Assembly (NCBI RefSeq): GCF_031769215.1
Contig: NW_026782185.1
Coordinates: forward strand, 62,001 to 126,000
Origin: Ylistrum balloti
Lineage: Eukaryota
Direction: 5' to 3'
Length of the DNA: 64,000 nucleotides
In this document: piece after piece, positions 40,398 through 54,404 of the stretch
How positions within the stretch are numbered: position 1 is the first letter of the stretch
Layout of the letters: every line of letters starts with the position of its first letter
Position numbers and translations under genes: made by a program
Notes under the pieces: model-generated
What the model was told of the DNA's origin: nothing
The model's database searches: none
What the model saw: the letters and a program-made list of their open reading frames with translations, nothing else

Positions 40398-43300
40398 ATG
40401 GCGGACACAGAAAGAAGCATAACGATATTAAATGGCTATACAGGAGAAACACATCCGCATATATATAATTTGGAAGCAAAGCCTCCTTCTTCTAATGTAC
40501 AGAAGCCAGGACAATTACCCGAAGATGAAATCCGCACATTCTTCGAAGATGTATGGATATTATGTTTAATCTCTGATATGTTAACTCAATGTTTTGAAAA
40601 ACATGATTTAGGTGAAGTATGAATTAAGTTTTGTTACAAATGCAAATTGAACATTACAGACACAATACATATGCTTTCCCTTTCTTTAAAATTGTTTTAT
40701 TGTAATCCACATAAACAATTTGATTGAAATTTGTTAACAAAATATGCCATTCATTGTACAATATAAATTTTAGAAAGCGTTTGTGTTATGCGTCATATTC
40801 CTCTATTTTAAAAAAAATAATTGAATTGGAAACATTTCCGGATCATGGCTCTGAATATCAAATCATACTTCTATGTGTGTTTTTTATTTTTCATTTCTTG
40901 TTTTATTTCATAAAATAATGTTTATTTATTTTCATTTACTTTTTTCATTTGTGTTTTTATTGTTATTATCTGGTTGACAAGGCTATGCCAATGCTTAACT
41001 TCCAAATTCGCGTACTACATTTTCCTAACTGTGATAACTTTACATTGAGATTAACCTTACAAATACCTATATTCCGCTTTCACTAAAATGTCAATAATTC
41101 ATGAATATCTCACATGTTAATTCTAAATATATGTCGAAAACGATATCTATATATGTTAAAGATTTCCAAAAGACACAAAAGTTTTTTTTTATGATTTTGA
41201 ACAAAACTGATTTGTTTTTATTTTTATAGGGGTATGTCATCGTAGAAAATTTTTTCAAGCCAGAGGAACTGGATCCATGTAAAACTGCAATAAATGATAT
41301 GTTGGATGAAATGGCACAACAGTTTTTAGCGAAAGGCAAAATTAAAGGTAAGTATGAACTGTTTCACAACTTTTATGATTTTTCCAAACAAAATAAGCAT
41401 TTTCGTTATATTGATTCTGCTATATAATACTCAGTATTGTTATATCTAGTGCGTTGTTAGCTTGTGTAGGTAATTTCTGTCATTTGACTTTTAATTCGTT
41501 CAATTGCTATTTTTTTCTATTTCTGTCAATTTCTTTAGCCTAGCTTATCCCCCTTTATGCATTTACGACCTAGATTAGTATCTCCACTGAATTATCTATA
41601 ACTCGGTTACCTAAATCAATACCCATCGTTAACGTCTCTGTCAGCCATTATCGCTGTCTTTACATATGCATAATCAACTTGATATGAGACGACGTACTCA
41701 TTTCATTTATTCGACTTAATCAGAAAATACAACACGAAATATGAGACATGATTTTTTTGTTGTTTAATTGCATGATAATACTCAACTTTATGAGAAACAC
41801 TGACAGTTATGTAACTATTTAACCTGTTCTGTTTACTTTTATCTGTTATTAAATTACCTTGTGCATAACCTAAATAAATTTCAAGATCATGTTTCCATGT
41901 TATAGGTCTGGTTTTATAGTTTGTAAATACAGTCGAACCTCCTTATCGCGAACTCGTATAATTCGGACCACCCGTTCACTTCGAAGTATATAGTTTGCCA
42001 AACATTTCATCAAACATTCAATATAATCTAAGTCGAATATTCGGATCACTCGAAGTTTTCCAACGGCCTCGCCGATTTCGAAATAACGAAGTTCAATTGT
42101 AGCTTACTCACTTAAAGGTATCTAAACTATGGTCATAAATATGGTTTCTGATAGAAAATGTTGCTCATTAAAACTATACTTACCGTGTAGCATCGCTCTA
42201 CTTTAACTCCTAATATTAGTTAGCTTATTAGCTGTGTAGCAAGGTAAGTCATAAATTCATTGCACCCTCAAATATACCCCTCTAATCCATCCCAAACTAT
42301 CTCATCCATCCCTAAAATATGTGAGCCTCCCTCTGTTTCAATGGTATGTTATATACGCAATTATTCATTGCTCTGCTTTTAATTATGATGATAATTGCAG
42401 GCATGAAAAAAAAGACAAATGTTATGTTAGGAACGCAAACGTTCATATTCAAATGGGCATACCAATATTGAATCTGTATATTTCCATTGACAGAACTGTA
42501 CAAAGAATATGGTTTTTACGAAAGGCTTTCCATGATTGAGCGTGACTTCCCAGGGGCAAATATAGTGTTACATAAGCTTGGCAAACTTCCACAGGTATTT
42601 TAAAATATATGATCTCTCAAATCATTTTAGTTGTTGTCAGCTGATCACTTGTATTTCTTTCTTCTAAATGTTATAAAAGGAGATGTAAATGTGTGGATTT
42701 TCCATTATCTTAACTATAATGTATATTTATATATAATTAATTATTGTATATATTTCCTCATTTTGCCAGACACGCAAAAACTGATTGCATAACTATTCTA
42801 TTCTAGGCTTTTAAAGACTTATGGACAAATGAACGCCTTTTGAACGTGGTTGAACAGTTAATTGGTCCAGATATTGCTGGACATCCGGTTTGGAATCTTC
42901 GAACGAAGACTCCTCAGAACGAAGCAACTACTGTGCCGTGGCATCAAGGTAGACAACTGTCAAAGTTATTTTTAACGACAGAAGATGCCAGCCTATTGGA
43001 TATGATATTCCTCATATCTGTTTACGCTGATTATATCCGCATACTCTCTAGATTCTTCCTATCTGGACATTTTGATGTAAATGATAATGAAACCTTTTTT
43101 CTCTAGATTTTGCCTATCTAGATAATGTTGATGTATGGTGCTAATTTTTCAAACATATTCTTTCTAGATTCTGTCTATCTTTATATAACTGACATGTGTT
43201 GATAAGTATACAAACTAACTCTCTCTAGGTTGGATGATATTTCGACATGCTGATGATTTTACAACCCTACCCTTTCAAGAATCTACTTATCTGGAAAATG

Positions 43301-45545
43301 TTGAAGTATGGTGATAAGAATACAACCCTTCTCACTCTAGATTATGTATATTTGGATAATGCTGATGCATTGTGATGATTATACAAACCTGCTTTCTCTA
43401 GATTCTACCTATCTGAATTACATTGATGCATGATGATGATCATACAAACTTACCCTCCCTAGATTCCGCCTATCTGGATAATGACTCCTACAAGGTGTTA
43501 CAACCAACAGCCTGGATACCTCTTATAGACGCTACAGAGCAAAATGGATGTATGCAGGTATATCTACACACGTGTCCAAAGGGATTTTCTTCAGTTTATA
43601 TATATATACCACTCAATTTGAAATCAATGGGAGAATGGGAGAACAAAATATGCCTTTTAGATGATATAATCATAATAGAGACACTTATTCAGCTCGTTTC
43701 GTTTCTACAAACACACACACGGCGAAAAATCGTCCCCATTGTATCTTTTTTTATCTAAAATAATGTAAAACAATTTCCTGATATCATAACTATAACGCCT
43801 TCAATTAGTGTTTCAGTAACCAGTGTAATTAACAGTATATAGAAAAAATCCTTAAACTCGAGTTTAACGATTTATGCTTGAAATGTAACATTAATTACGT
43901 GGATTTTCAAAGATTAACATGGCGCGTGTCGTCGATAAATTTGACATATACCATCTAGGACATCTGAACTTCTTCTCCCTGCAGGAGTCTCCATGTTAAT
44001 CTTTTTTATTAATATTTTGCCTTAGTTTCATCGAAAATGAATTTTTAAAATGGTGTTTTGATATAATTTCCTATCCTAATCTTTATTAGGTGGCTCATCG
44101 TGGTCACAAAACCGGAAAGGTTGCTACTCACCAGTGTTGCTATGGAGGCACATGGTATGTTATGCTTGAGGAGGACGAAATGGCGAAATCATTAGGTAGG
44201 TATTGATCTATGTCGCTGATTCGTCAGTAGTGATACAGATATGGCGTGTGTGATATACTGTATTTGTCAGATTTCATAAATTTAAATTTCATCTTCCGAA
44301 CGGGTATTCGTAAAACAAATAAATCTAATCTTTTTGGCAGTATTAAATTTAGATAGAACAGTCGTGCTATTATCACGAAAGTCTTGATAATTCGGCAACG
44401 TTATTTGTACATTTTTTTAATTTTCAGATGTAAACATCGAGTCTGATATCAAGACGTGTCCTATTCCATACGGTGGCATGCTACTATTAAACAACATGAT
44501 ACCTCATAGAAGGTAACGCGAGGAATTTTGATATTATTATTTTTTAATACTATTGTATTAAAGACAGTATTTTGGTGACAGTTTTTACTTTAGCGGGTGC
44601 CCTATGAAAATGCCAAGTGTACTCTATTATCTTGTGAAGTATTAATTACAATGCAATTTGTTGTATTTATTTTTATTATGCAGCTTGCCAAATCTTTCTA
44701 AGCAAATTCGATGGAGTTTGGACCTGCGCTGGCAAAAACCTTCGCTTCCGTTTGGATTTTACAACATGAAGGAAGGCATTTTAATGCGAACATCTAAAGA
44801 TCCTAACTACAAAGCCAACTGGGATGCATTTGAAGGTGTCGATCGCCATGATAAACAGAGGGAATCGGTCAAGGACATTCTTGAGGTATAATTATACAGT
44901 CAAATGTTCATTACGTTGTTACATATTGTCATTTAACGAATTTTAGGGTTTATGGAAGCCCAGGTTTCCACTGTAGTACCGTATGTAGAATACACAATCT
45001 CCATTCCTATGTCAAAGTTTGGTGTTCATTTTTCTGTTTTTCGATAGTTTAAGATATAGGTAAGGTATGTAATAGATATTGTATATAAATGCCGACAAAG
45101 AAATTTTATTTATTTACGGTCGTAAAGCTACCGAAATGCACAGTTTACAAAATACTGATATTTTATTAAATAGGCAAGTAAAAGTAAAAGAAAGTAAAAC
45201 CTTCCAAAAAATCAAATTCCAGTGATCAAATACATGAATGCCTTTATAAAATTGAAGGCGGATTTGTTCGGGGTTAAGAACTGCATATATACGTTTGTTC
45301 AAATATTAATGTAGGAATATTTTGGCCTAATATCCTAATTTAACCAGAAAATAATGCATAATGCATTATTCTAGTTCTTGTTTGATAAACCTCTTTTTAT
45401 ATCCTTTCAGCCGTCCAGTGATCCTGATTACGATACCACAATACAAGGACCATGGATGAAGAAATGGGAAATTGTTCACATGAATCAACATACTGCTAAA
45501 TTATCTGACGAGACTCTGAGCACTTGGCATGGCCACAAAGCATAA
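40398..45545 (+). CDS. PhyH-family Fe(II)/2OG dioxygenase, paralogue B, 9 exons, 378 aa
   Basis: Exons 40398-40550, 41230-41347, 42494-42594, 42807-42948, 43463-43557, 44090-44195, 44428-44512, 44684-44885 and 45411-45545. All GT-AG and in frame; HQD, PHRS and RWSLDLR intact. Confidence 0.94.
41928..42101. mobile_element. 174-bp Tc1/mariner-type MITE in intron 2 of paralogue B
   Basis: Termini TACAGTCGAACCTCCTTATCGCGAA ... TTCGAAATAACGAAGTTCAATTGTA form imperfect TIRs with flanking TA. Confidence 0.7.
43035..43480 (+). repeat. Tandem ~61-bp array of duplicated exon-5 splice acceptor units
   Basis: AG ends at 43051, 43106, 43167, 43228, 43279, 43340, 43401 and 43462 (true acceptor). Unit consensus is approximately TACAAACCT-pyrimidines-CTAG|ATTCTGCCTATCTGGATAAT...TGATGA. 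Confidence 0.9.
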
Positions 45546-47150
45546 CAAACACCATATAGTTTCAAATTAATGTTCAGTACACTATAGGCCAAATTTTTAA
45601 AATCGATCCTGAATGATGATATTGAAAATGATAAATTTTGTGATTTAAAGGTGCATACGCTGGTTAATAACAATTATTATTATCATTATTTTAATTCATC
45701 CTGAATGATAATATCTAAGATAATACATTTTGTAATGTAAAGGTGCTTGGGCTGATTTTGTTTAATGTTTTGTATGTACCTGTACCTATTATTGAGAAAG
45801 TATTAAAAATTCGTGAAATCAATGCCGTTGTAGTTATTTCAGATCTAAACAATATATGATAACATAAATAAAACTTTTTCTATGCTTATTTATCTTAGAT
45901 AGTTATGACAAGAAGGTGAAATTCAATGGTAATATCTTCAGTACAGCTGCATATTCACAACGTTAGAACCAGACCACGTTCAATGTTTATGCATTTATCT
46001 AAACACTATTTAGACTACTTCGGGTGTACCCAATATAACATCATCAATTTTTTACTGTTATTTAAAACACAGGGCGCTCAAAACACAAAATATATGAAAT
46101 ATGTATAATTTATTAGTGGTACGCCTTGGTGCATTATCGGAAATATTACCGCTTCTTTGTGTTCGCGCTGTCATCCCATGCTAAAAATTGTAGTTTGTTA
46201 TCCAAATTAATTGTCAATAAAAATGAGAGTAGAAATTATTTGTCTTAAGTTTCCATCTTAATTACGATTTGATTGCTCGAAACAATAAAACAATAAAATT
46301 CTTGAATGCAATTATAGTTATTTTTGTGAATCTTTTCAGACCTACGTCGTTGATATATAACATTGTTTTGATAGAATGTCACAGAAATCAAGGGAATACC
46401 AGCTAGCAACATAATCAAAATTTAAATTTAAAACCGGGGGCAAGTGATATCAAAACAAAGATTAACATGGATAGCCTTGGTGAAGTACGGGGTGAATCAG
46501 ACCAGGTGTATATCAATGTGATTACAACAATGAAGCTACCAGGCATTTTAAGGAAATCGAAATAATGAAAAAAAAATAATCATCGCTTTACAAAATCCTA
46601 TTTCTGTTGTGACGTAATGGCATGTACAAAAAGACACGAAGATATCATCTTGTTTTATTATTGTTTGGTAAACCAAAGCTCCAGTTACAATGAAGCCTGT
46701 GGTTGGTATCTTTAACATTGCTATCTAAATATCTGAGCTTGACCTTGGCAAAGGTGAGCAAACAGTCCACTTAATAGCGTGTCATCTTCTACGGGTATGA
46801 TGGTCGATAGTACATGTTGTCGTTATCAAGAATCTAAGTGAAGCGTTTATATAATAGATAACGCTTTATATAAGCTTTGCAATAATGGGTTTGTTCAAAC
46901 ACGCTAAATATCTAAAATACGTAAACCTGATATCATATAAAAACTGTTAGATATTGCTCCAAAGCAAAAGGTCCTTTTCGCAAATAGAACCTTTACAAAC
47001 AATTTCCATAATCACAATAAGACAAATACTCATTGTTAAGTTCATAATAGATTAAGGAAAGAATTAAAAACATTTTCTTGTTGGGTACAGTTCATATAAA
47101 ATGCAATGATATCAGTTATACAATAAAGGACCAACTTGTTGTACTTGATA

Positions 47151-48660
47151 TACTCAACAAAAAAAGAAAGGTTAACATGTTTCCTTGGCGAATACCTGTC
47201 AATGAGTGAAAACAAAATGACGTTTGTGCAATATTAGAAAATGGTAATGTTTTACATTACAAAATCCAAGAGGGTTACCAAAATCATTCAAGCGTGAAAG
47301 TCTGTATTAGCGAAAGAGCTGCACAAGGTTTTCTGCGACTAACTTGTATCTTCGCTTGAATTTCATAAACATTCAAACTGACAACTGTTCCTTAGATTCT
47401 TAGGACCTAGAAGTCACCGAATCTTGCTATCTATCAACTTTATCATTATGCCCCGGCTGTCACAAGCACAGAGAGAAAGGACTTTAGGCATGATCCAGGC
47501 TGGGGAGTCTCGCCGTCGAGTTGCACGGCATTTTGGTTGCAATGTTCAGACAATTTGCCAGTTGGTAAGTCGTTTAATCAAACTGGGTCAACATGCGATC
47601 GTCCCCGAAGCGGCCGACCCCGTAAAACGACCGCCAGGGATGACCGTCGTATACGATTGATACACTTGCGCAATCGATTCGTAACCGCAGTAGAGACTAC
47701 AAGGACATTGTTTGGGCGTCGTGTGTCTCCCCAAACAGTCCGCAACAGGTTGAGGGCCTACCAATTGAAAGCGCGGCGTCCCTACACTGGACCCAATTTG
47801 TTGCGACGTCACCGTAATAATCGCCGTAACTGGACCTGTGTTCACCATCGTTGGGCCTTACGACAATGGAACAATGTTCTGTTTTCAGATGACTCCAGGT
47901 TTTGTCTGCAACACGGTGACGGAAGGCGCAGAGTGTGGAGGCGACGAAGGGAGCGTTTTGCGAACTGCTGCGTCGCAGAACGGGACCGCTTTGGCGGCGG
48001 AAGTGTAATGGTTTGGGGTGGTATTTGTGGGGGGACTCGTAACAGACTTGTTGTGTTAAATGGCAATTTGACCGGCATTCGATATCGGGACGAAATTTTA
48101 AGACCAGTGGTTCTGCCATTCTTAAGACGCCATGGTATTGGCGCCATTTTTCAACATGATAACGCACCAGCGCACACCAGTCGCGTCAGCAGAACTTTCT
48201 TGCAGCAGAATAACGTACAGGTGTTAGATTGGCCATCTAAATCACCTGATTTGTCACCGATTGAGCATGTCTGGGACGTTCTTGGGCGACGCGTGAGAGA
48301 ACGTCAAAATCAGCCGTCAAACTTGCAGGAGATGGCCCAAGCCTTGATCGCTGAATGGAACAACATCTCTCCTCGAATTATCTGCCGGTTTACGAGTTCC
48401 ATGCGCCGACGCTGCAATGCTGTTTACTTCGCAAACGGTGGCCATACCCGTTACTAATGGTGTTACCTTTGAATTTGACCCCAACGTCCTTTACAGTCGA
48501 ATAAAAACAACTGAACGCAAAGTTTTATAATGAACCATGACTGCAGTATTATCAGAATTGATCAATTACTTTATTCGTACATGATTGGTAAGGATTTATG
48601 AAGGGGTTAATTAATTAATCACAGAATAAAGTAGTGTTACCTTTCTTTTTTTGTTTAGTA
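47151..48660 (+). mobile_element. Tc1 (DD34E) DNA transposon, ~1.5 kb, near-intact
   Basis: TIRs TACTCAACAAAAAAAGAAAGGTTAAC / GTTACCTTTCTTTTTTTGTTTAGTA flanked by TA at 47149-50 and 48661-62, with an internal transposase. Confidence 0.95.
47448..48457 (+). pseudogene. Tc1 transposase with a single -1 frameshift near 47574
   Basis: MPRLSQAQRERTLGMIQAG (HTH) is in one frame; RSGRPRKT, VLFSDDSRF, FQHDNAPAH and WPSKSPDLSPIEHVW (D-34-E) are in the next. Adding one T to CGTTTAAT restores a 336-aa ORF. Confidence 0.9.
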
Positions 48661-48815
48661 TATAATACATATGTATATAGCTATATTACGATACATTCAC
48701 TATTGCGACGATGAAAACTAATGAGAAATGCATATTTTAAACTATGATTGTACTATTTCTCAAACTCACGGTTAAAGTTATATATTTTAATCAGTTGTTT
48801 ATCTCTTATCTGGGT

Positions 48816-49025
48816 GGTCGGGTGGCGAAGTGGTAACGCACTCACCTTTCACCTAGCCGACCGGGGTTCGGTAAAGGGTCACCTGCCCGACTACGTGGGT
48901 TTTCCCCGGGTACTCCGGTTTCCTCCCACAATAAGACCCCTCGCACGCTTACATCCGGGCCAACAAGAGTGATTAGTATAAGTTGACATAACTTGTTTCC
49001 CAATTGTTGTAAAATAAATAAAGTT
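48816..49025 (+). mobile_element. tRNA-derived V-domain SINE
   Basis: Head GGTCGGGTGGCGAAGTGGTAACGC...GGGGTTCG, core GGGTTTTCCCCGGGTACTCCGGTTTCCTCCCACA and A-rich tail. Possible 11-bp TSD TTATCTCTTAT at 48799-48809 and 49030-49040. Confidence 0.8.
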
Positions 49026-49346
49026 TATATTATCTCTTATATCTTATCTAATGCTTATAGATCATTTCAAAACTAATCAACCGAAAGAAATGAGTGATCC
49101 TTAAAATTGAAAAAAAAAATATATATGTCATTTTTTGATGAACCAACTCATGGTAACTCGCCTTGCAATTTGCTCGAAAAAATGGATTTGAAAATCGTTC
49201 ATTATAATATTATTATATATAATTGTTTAATATTTTAGCAGAAATATGTCAGAAGCACACTTATCGCGTACTTTTGATGTAGGTCAAACAACAGATAGCG
49301 CGCTGACCCCACATACATTACAAATATTATGAGATGAAACTCCAAG

Positions 49347-52300
49347 ATGGCAGATGTGGCTGTTACTATACGTCCTATAGAGTACGGACTGGTTGGAGAT
49401 GAACACCCCGAGTTGTTCGACATCCGGGCGATGCCTACTCCCAATAAAGACATGAAACCAGGACAACTTCCTAGTCACATGATCAAGCAGTTCTTTGAAG
49501 ATGTACGCATGTATCAATGTATACCTTACACATTTGTAGTTTTTTTCAATTTTTTTTTTTTTTTCATATTTTAGCAAAATTCGAAATTAGCATACCTTAA
49601 TCATTATCAACAGTAAATATTGTATTTTATGTCATAATGTTACGCTATATGGTATTCAAGTACCGGGGTAAGAAGCTTGATGTAACAAACAAATTATGTA
49701 CACATTATTAGCAATATATGAAAACATTTTTTTATTTATTTCTCAATTTAATTCGCGTATTATGAACAAAAAATCTGTATTAGGGTATTGATAAAGTATA
49801 AGAACATTTGTTTATATTAACAGGGTTATGTCCTTGTAAAGGAATTCTTTTCCTCTTCTGAACTGGACCCCTGTAGAAAGGCTGTTGAAGATCAGGTAGA
49901 GAGGTTAGCTCAAAAACTGTTCCAAGCCGGAAAAATCAAAGGTAAATTAATTTGCACTGTTAGTTTTTTAAATGAAGATGTTTCTGTATCATATTACAGG
50001 TGAAACAATAATCGAAAAAGGATAATAAGTTAACAGTAAGGCATACCTTAATGTATTTCTGATGTAGAACATAAGTCTCGAAGTTGATATCTTTTGCCTT
50101 TTGTCTAGAATTGTTCGCCTTTTGCGAAGACATTGCATTGTCATGCAACAGGTTTTCAATAGCTGAAGAATATCATATAAAAAATTATGAGATGGTTTGC
50201 TGGACACAAGCATTACGAAGAACCCACTTTTGGACAAAAAATAGTATTCTGTTCAATCTTAATGCAAACCAATTACATCAACAGTCAACATGATATCATT
50301 TATATACATATTTCTTAATAGCATCATATCTCATAGTCGTTTCCATGTTAATAGGCGTTTATATTCCCTCAAAAAGTGATACAAACATTAACATACAAAT
50401 GATAAACTTGTATAGGTATAATGTGTGCTGAATCATTTCAGATCTCTACAATGAATATGGCCTTTTTAAAAGATTAACCCATATTGAAAAAGATTTCCCA
50501 GGGGCGAATATCATTTTGCACAAATATCCGGAGCTAACTGAGGTAGGTTTACGCGACAATTGCCAATTTTAGTATCTCGTTATTTACGTATGCAAAGAGT
50601 GTTAAATTCCGTATAGACAAACATATATTCTTTCCTGCATGATGAATGTGAAACAATTTAACAAATACATACAAAAAATTTCAATAGATTATATACATAA
50701 GTCATTATCGTTCGTCACTTTAAAAGTAAAGCAAAAATAACTCATTTTTATGGATTTCCGAATGTATTGTGCATACACATTTTTATAACTTATTGGTCCG
50801 ATTAGCAGTGCACCATATAAAAATTTAATTGATCCTTACAAATTAAAATTAAGATCCTTTTCATTTTCGAGATTTCAAATCAAGTTATCCTTTTTTAATG
50901 AGGAATTTGACAAAAAGACATTTGAAATGTATTTAGGCATTTAAAAACCTTTGGACCAATGAACGTCTCCTGAATGTCGTTGAACAACTCATTGGCCCAG
51001 AAATAGCCGGTCATCCATTATGGAACCTACGTACGAAAACTCCTCAGAACGAGGCTACAACAGTCCCATGGCATCAGGGTAAATGAAAGCAGGATGTTAT
51101 TGTATATGTGTATCTGGTTGAAAGACTCACGACTTCTTTTTTTTAATTTTTAAGCATCCATTTTTTACGTTTCTTTTACAAAATTAACGGCATTAAAGTT
51201 CAATATGATATAGGAAGATTAAAATAGGTGAGACACGTTTAAGTTGGAATGTCACAACAACGTTCCTGCATCCCAAACACGGTGTTTACATATCTTAGTT
51301 GATGGACTAAATGTTCAAGCTCCTGTTCCAAATATTACTTTTTTTTGTGCGTGATGTCGTCAACTGCCAGACAAACACTTAACGCATGGGTTTCAAAAGA
51401 TGCTATAAGTTAACGTAAATCATTGGGAAGTTTTACGGTCGTCATAATGATATCATCGATAGTTATTCTGTATTACCTGTTGGTTCCGAGGTTGTATACC
51501 TTGTTCTCATTTGAGAACGTGACATTTACTTGACCATGGCGATTGTCGTTGGTGAAGCAGAAGACGCATACTCGTGGTCTTCTCCTAATTCTTAATGGAT
51601 CACCGTATATTTTGACCTAGTTTTATTGAATTTGAGTTTAATTATGATAATGTTCACAGGTTGGTATTTTTAGTCCAGTATTTGACTGACAAATAAGCAA
51701 TACATTGATAGCTGTATGGTTTCCTTTACAAAAATAAACCTTCTCTGCCACATACGATGGTTTTCTACATGCTGTGTTTTAACTTTAACAATTTATCACA
51801 TGAATGCATGCTGCGGTAATATTTAAGTTGGATATGTGTTCAATTTTAACGATCAAATCTTAGACTCTGCCTACCTGGACAATAAGTCTTACAAGGTCCT
51901 ACAGCCCACAGCCTGGATACCTTTGTTGGATGCGACGGCTGACAATGGATGTATGCAGGTAAAGAGTAGATTTACTAGCGTACTAGGCATATCTGTGTAC
52001 AAGACATAATAGCGTTTTATTTGAATATCAAAACTCATTGCACAGTTACAGTAAACAACAAATATAGTAACTATAATTATTTACCATACCATTGTTTAAA
52101 TCGTCTTAAAATACCCATCCTCGACAAAGAAATGTATTCACAATTAACAAACTTATCCTACTTGAGCTTATCGATGGAATGTTCCTTTTTTATTATCATA
52201 TTGCTTCAGTTTATTTCTAAATAAACAGGTAATACACCGAGGCCACAGAGCAGGGAAGGTAGCCACTCATCAATGTTGCCATGGAGGCACGTGGTATGTG

Positions 52301-54404
52301 ATGGTGGATGAGGAGGAAATGGAGAAAAGTCTTGGTAAAATTTTGTTTGTCTTTAAGAAGTGTGGGGGTCTTAAAAACTTATTAAAGGTTTTCATAGTGT
52401 TATTCCTCTTATACAAATCAATATGTCGCCAATAGGACAAGTATATCAGAATAAGGATTTGTAAAAGGTGTTTTTCATATCACAAAACAACCCCCATCGC
52501 CAGCGTTGCAGCATTGCGTACATTAATGGTGTTGTGACATTATGTTCGATAGCACTTTGCGAAAACTTTATGATACCATGACGTCATATGCATTCTGACT
52601 CTTCGCAAGTGTCAAACGTATCTGATGAACAGAATCGGACATTCGTTTCCATTCCATATGTCATTAATGAAACATAAGTGTTGTTTTTGTTTTATAGGTA
52701 TGAACCCAGCAACCGATATTGTCACGTGTGAAATACCATATGGTGGAATGTTACTGTTGAACAACATGATACCACACAGAAGGTAAATGTACAAATGCTT
52801 TTGTTTTTACAAAAATACATATCTAGTTAGATACCGTAAAGCTAATCACTGAATAATATTGCATCATACAGCTGTTTTCGAAAGAAATAGAAATGTCAGA
52901 TACTAGATAGGGAGGTGCGCTCAGCCTACTATTCGATAGTTTTCGTAATTTTCATACATATCTGATTATTTCAGGGGGCGTCAAGTACATGTGTATTTTC
53001 TGAATCGTGTCATTTTTCAAATAAATTTAAATTTGACCGATACCCCTTAAGATTTTAACCATTGTAGACATTGATGGTGGTACATATTGATATAAACACT
53101 TACTAAATCTGTTGAGAGATTCATGATATATCCTGTCAGATTTTTCATTTCAAAGGTGGTTTAGTGTCAACCTTAAGCAGTTAATCTAGACTGACTACCA
53201 CCGAAATCTAATGAGGTGTATAATCTGATGATGTGATATCATTGAATGTATAATTCTCTTGAAAGGTTAATGAAATATTACGTACACACTTTCGTTTTAT
53301 TTTAAAAAGTGACAAGTTGGGCATTTGACCCTTTTATCTTGATCGATGACAACACAAAAGCTAATCTTGATTGTATGATATCATGGTGTCATATGGTACA
53401 CAAGATAGGTATAACGGTCGCTCAGACGAGCAAAGCGATTCCAATGTGCCACACTGTATTAAACGGAAATTTGCATGCTAGTTCCTATCTCTGTTGAAAA
53501 GTCAACATTTAGCATCATGTAAGAAACCACCCTTACTAATTCTTCACATTTGCTTACTTCATGAAGCCTACCAAATGTTTCCGGGGATATACGTTGGAGC
53601 CTTGACCTACGCTGGCAGAAACCTGACCTACCTTTTGGCTTTTATGATTTGAAACAAGGCGTTCTCATGAGGACTGCTAAAGATCCTAATTTCAAAATGT
53701 CGTGGGATGTCTTTGATAGTACCGTTCGACATTCGCTTTTGAGGGAGGCGACTGTCGAGGTTAGTAAATAAGACCAGCAATCTGGTCTCAGATGCCATTC
53801 GGATTTCATGTCGTTTAACCTTACTCATGATTATAATCAGTTCATGTTTTACAGTGACAATATTCAATCGTCCATAACTATAGAAAAATTGATCACTAAC
53901 ATTGATTAGTGTATAGATATTTAAGATAGTTGCAACTCGCACTTTGGCTGGAATAAGGAGTGTGATGCGTTTACTTTGAATGTTTGTTCGTTTCAAATAT
54001 ATTGTTTGGTTATATTTTGTTTGAAATGTAAATTATTTGATTTATGTTTAAAGTTATTTTCGTAAATGTGATATTTCTGTATTGCGTTGCTCTACATTGC
54101 AAAACCTCGTTACTGAAATCTTATTGTTTAAGAAAATGGAACGAAAGCAGGGTCAATATCCAAATACAGCTGCTCGTTGTCTGTGATATGACAAAAAAGA
54201 AACAAAAACAAAACAAAGTATAATTTTTTTACCGGATTTTGATCTCTTTCACATGATTTTGTAACTTTTCCTTTTTGTTAGAATACAAATGAGGACGAAT
54301 TCGACACGACTATTCAGGGACCATGGATGAAAAAATGGGAAATTGTGCATGTGAACCGACATGTTGAAAGCTACAGAGAGGATCGCGTTGCAGACAAGTC
54401 CTAA
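49347..54404 (+). CDS. PhyH-family Fe(II)/2OG dioxygenase, paralogue C, 9 exons, 372 aa
   Basis: Exons 49347-49502, 49824-49941, 50442-50542, 50937-51078, 51864-51958, 52229-52334, 52698-52782, 53567-53759 and 54282-54404. In frame; HQD, PHRS and RWSLDLR intact. Confidence 0.94.

Noticed and set aside
20373-49025. tRNA-like A/B-box sequences as genuine tRNA genes
   Set aside because: None folds into a full cloverleaf with an anticodon arm that I can support, and the V-domain copies continue into SINE cores; treated as SINE heads.
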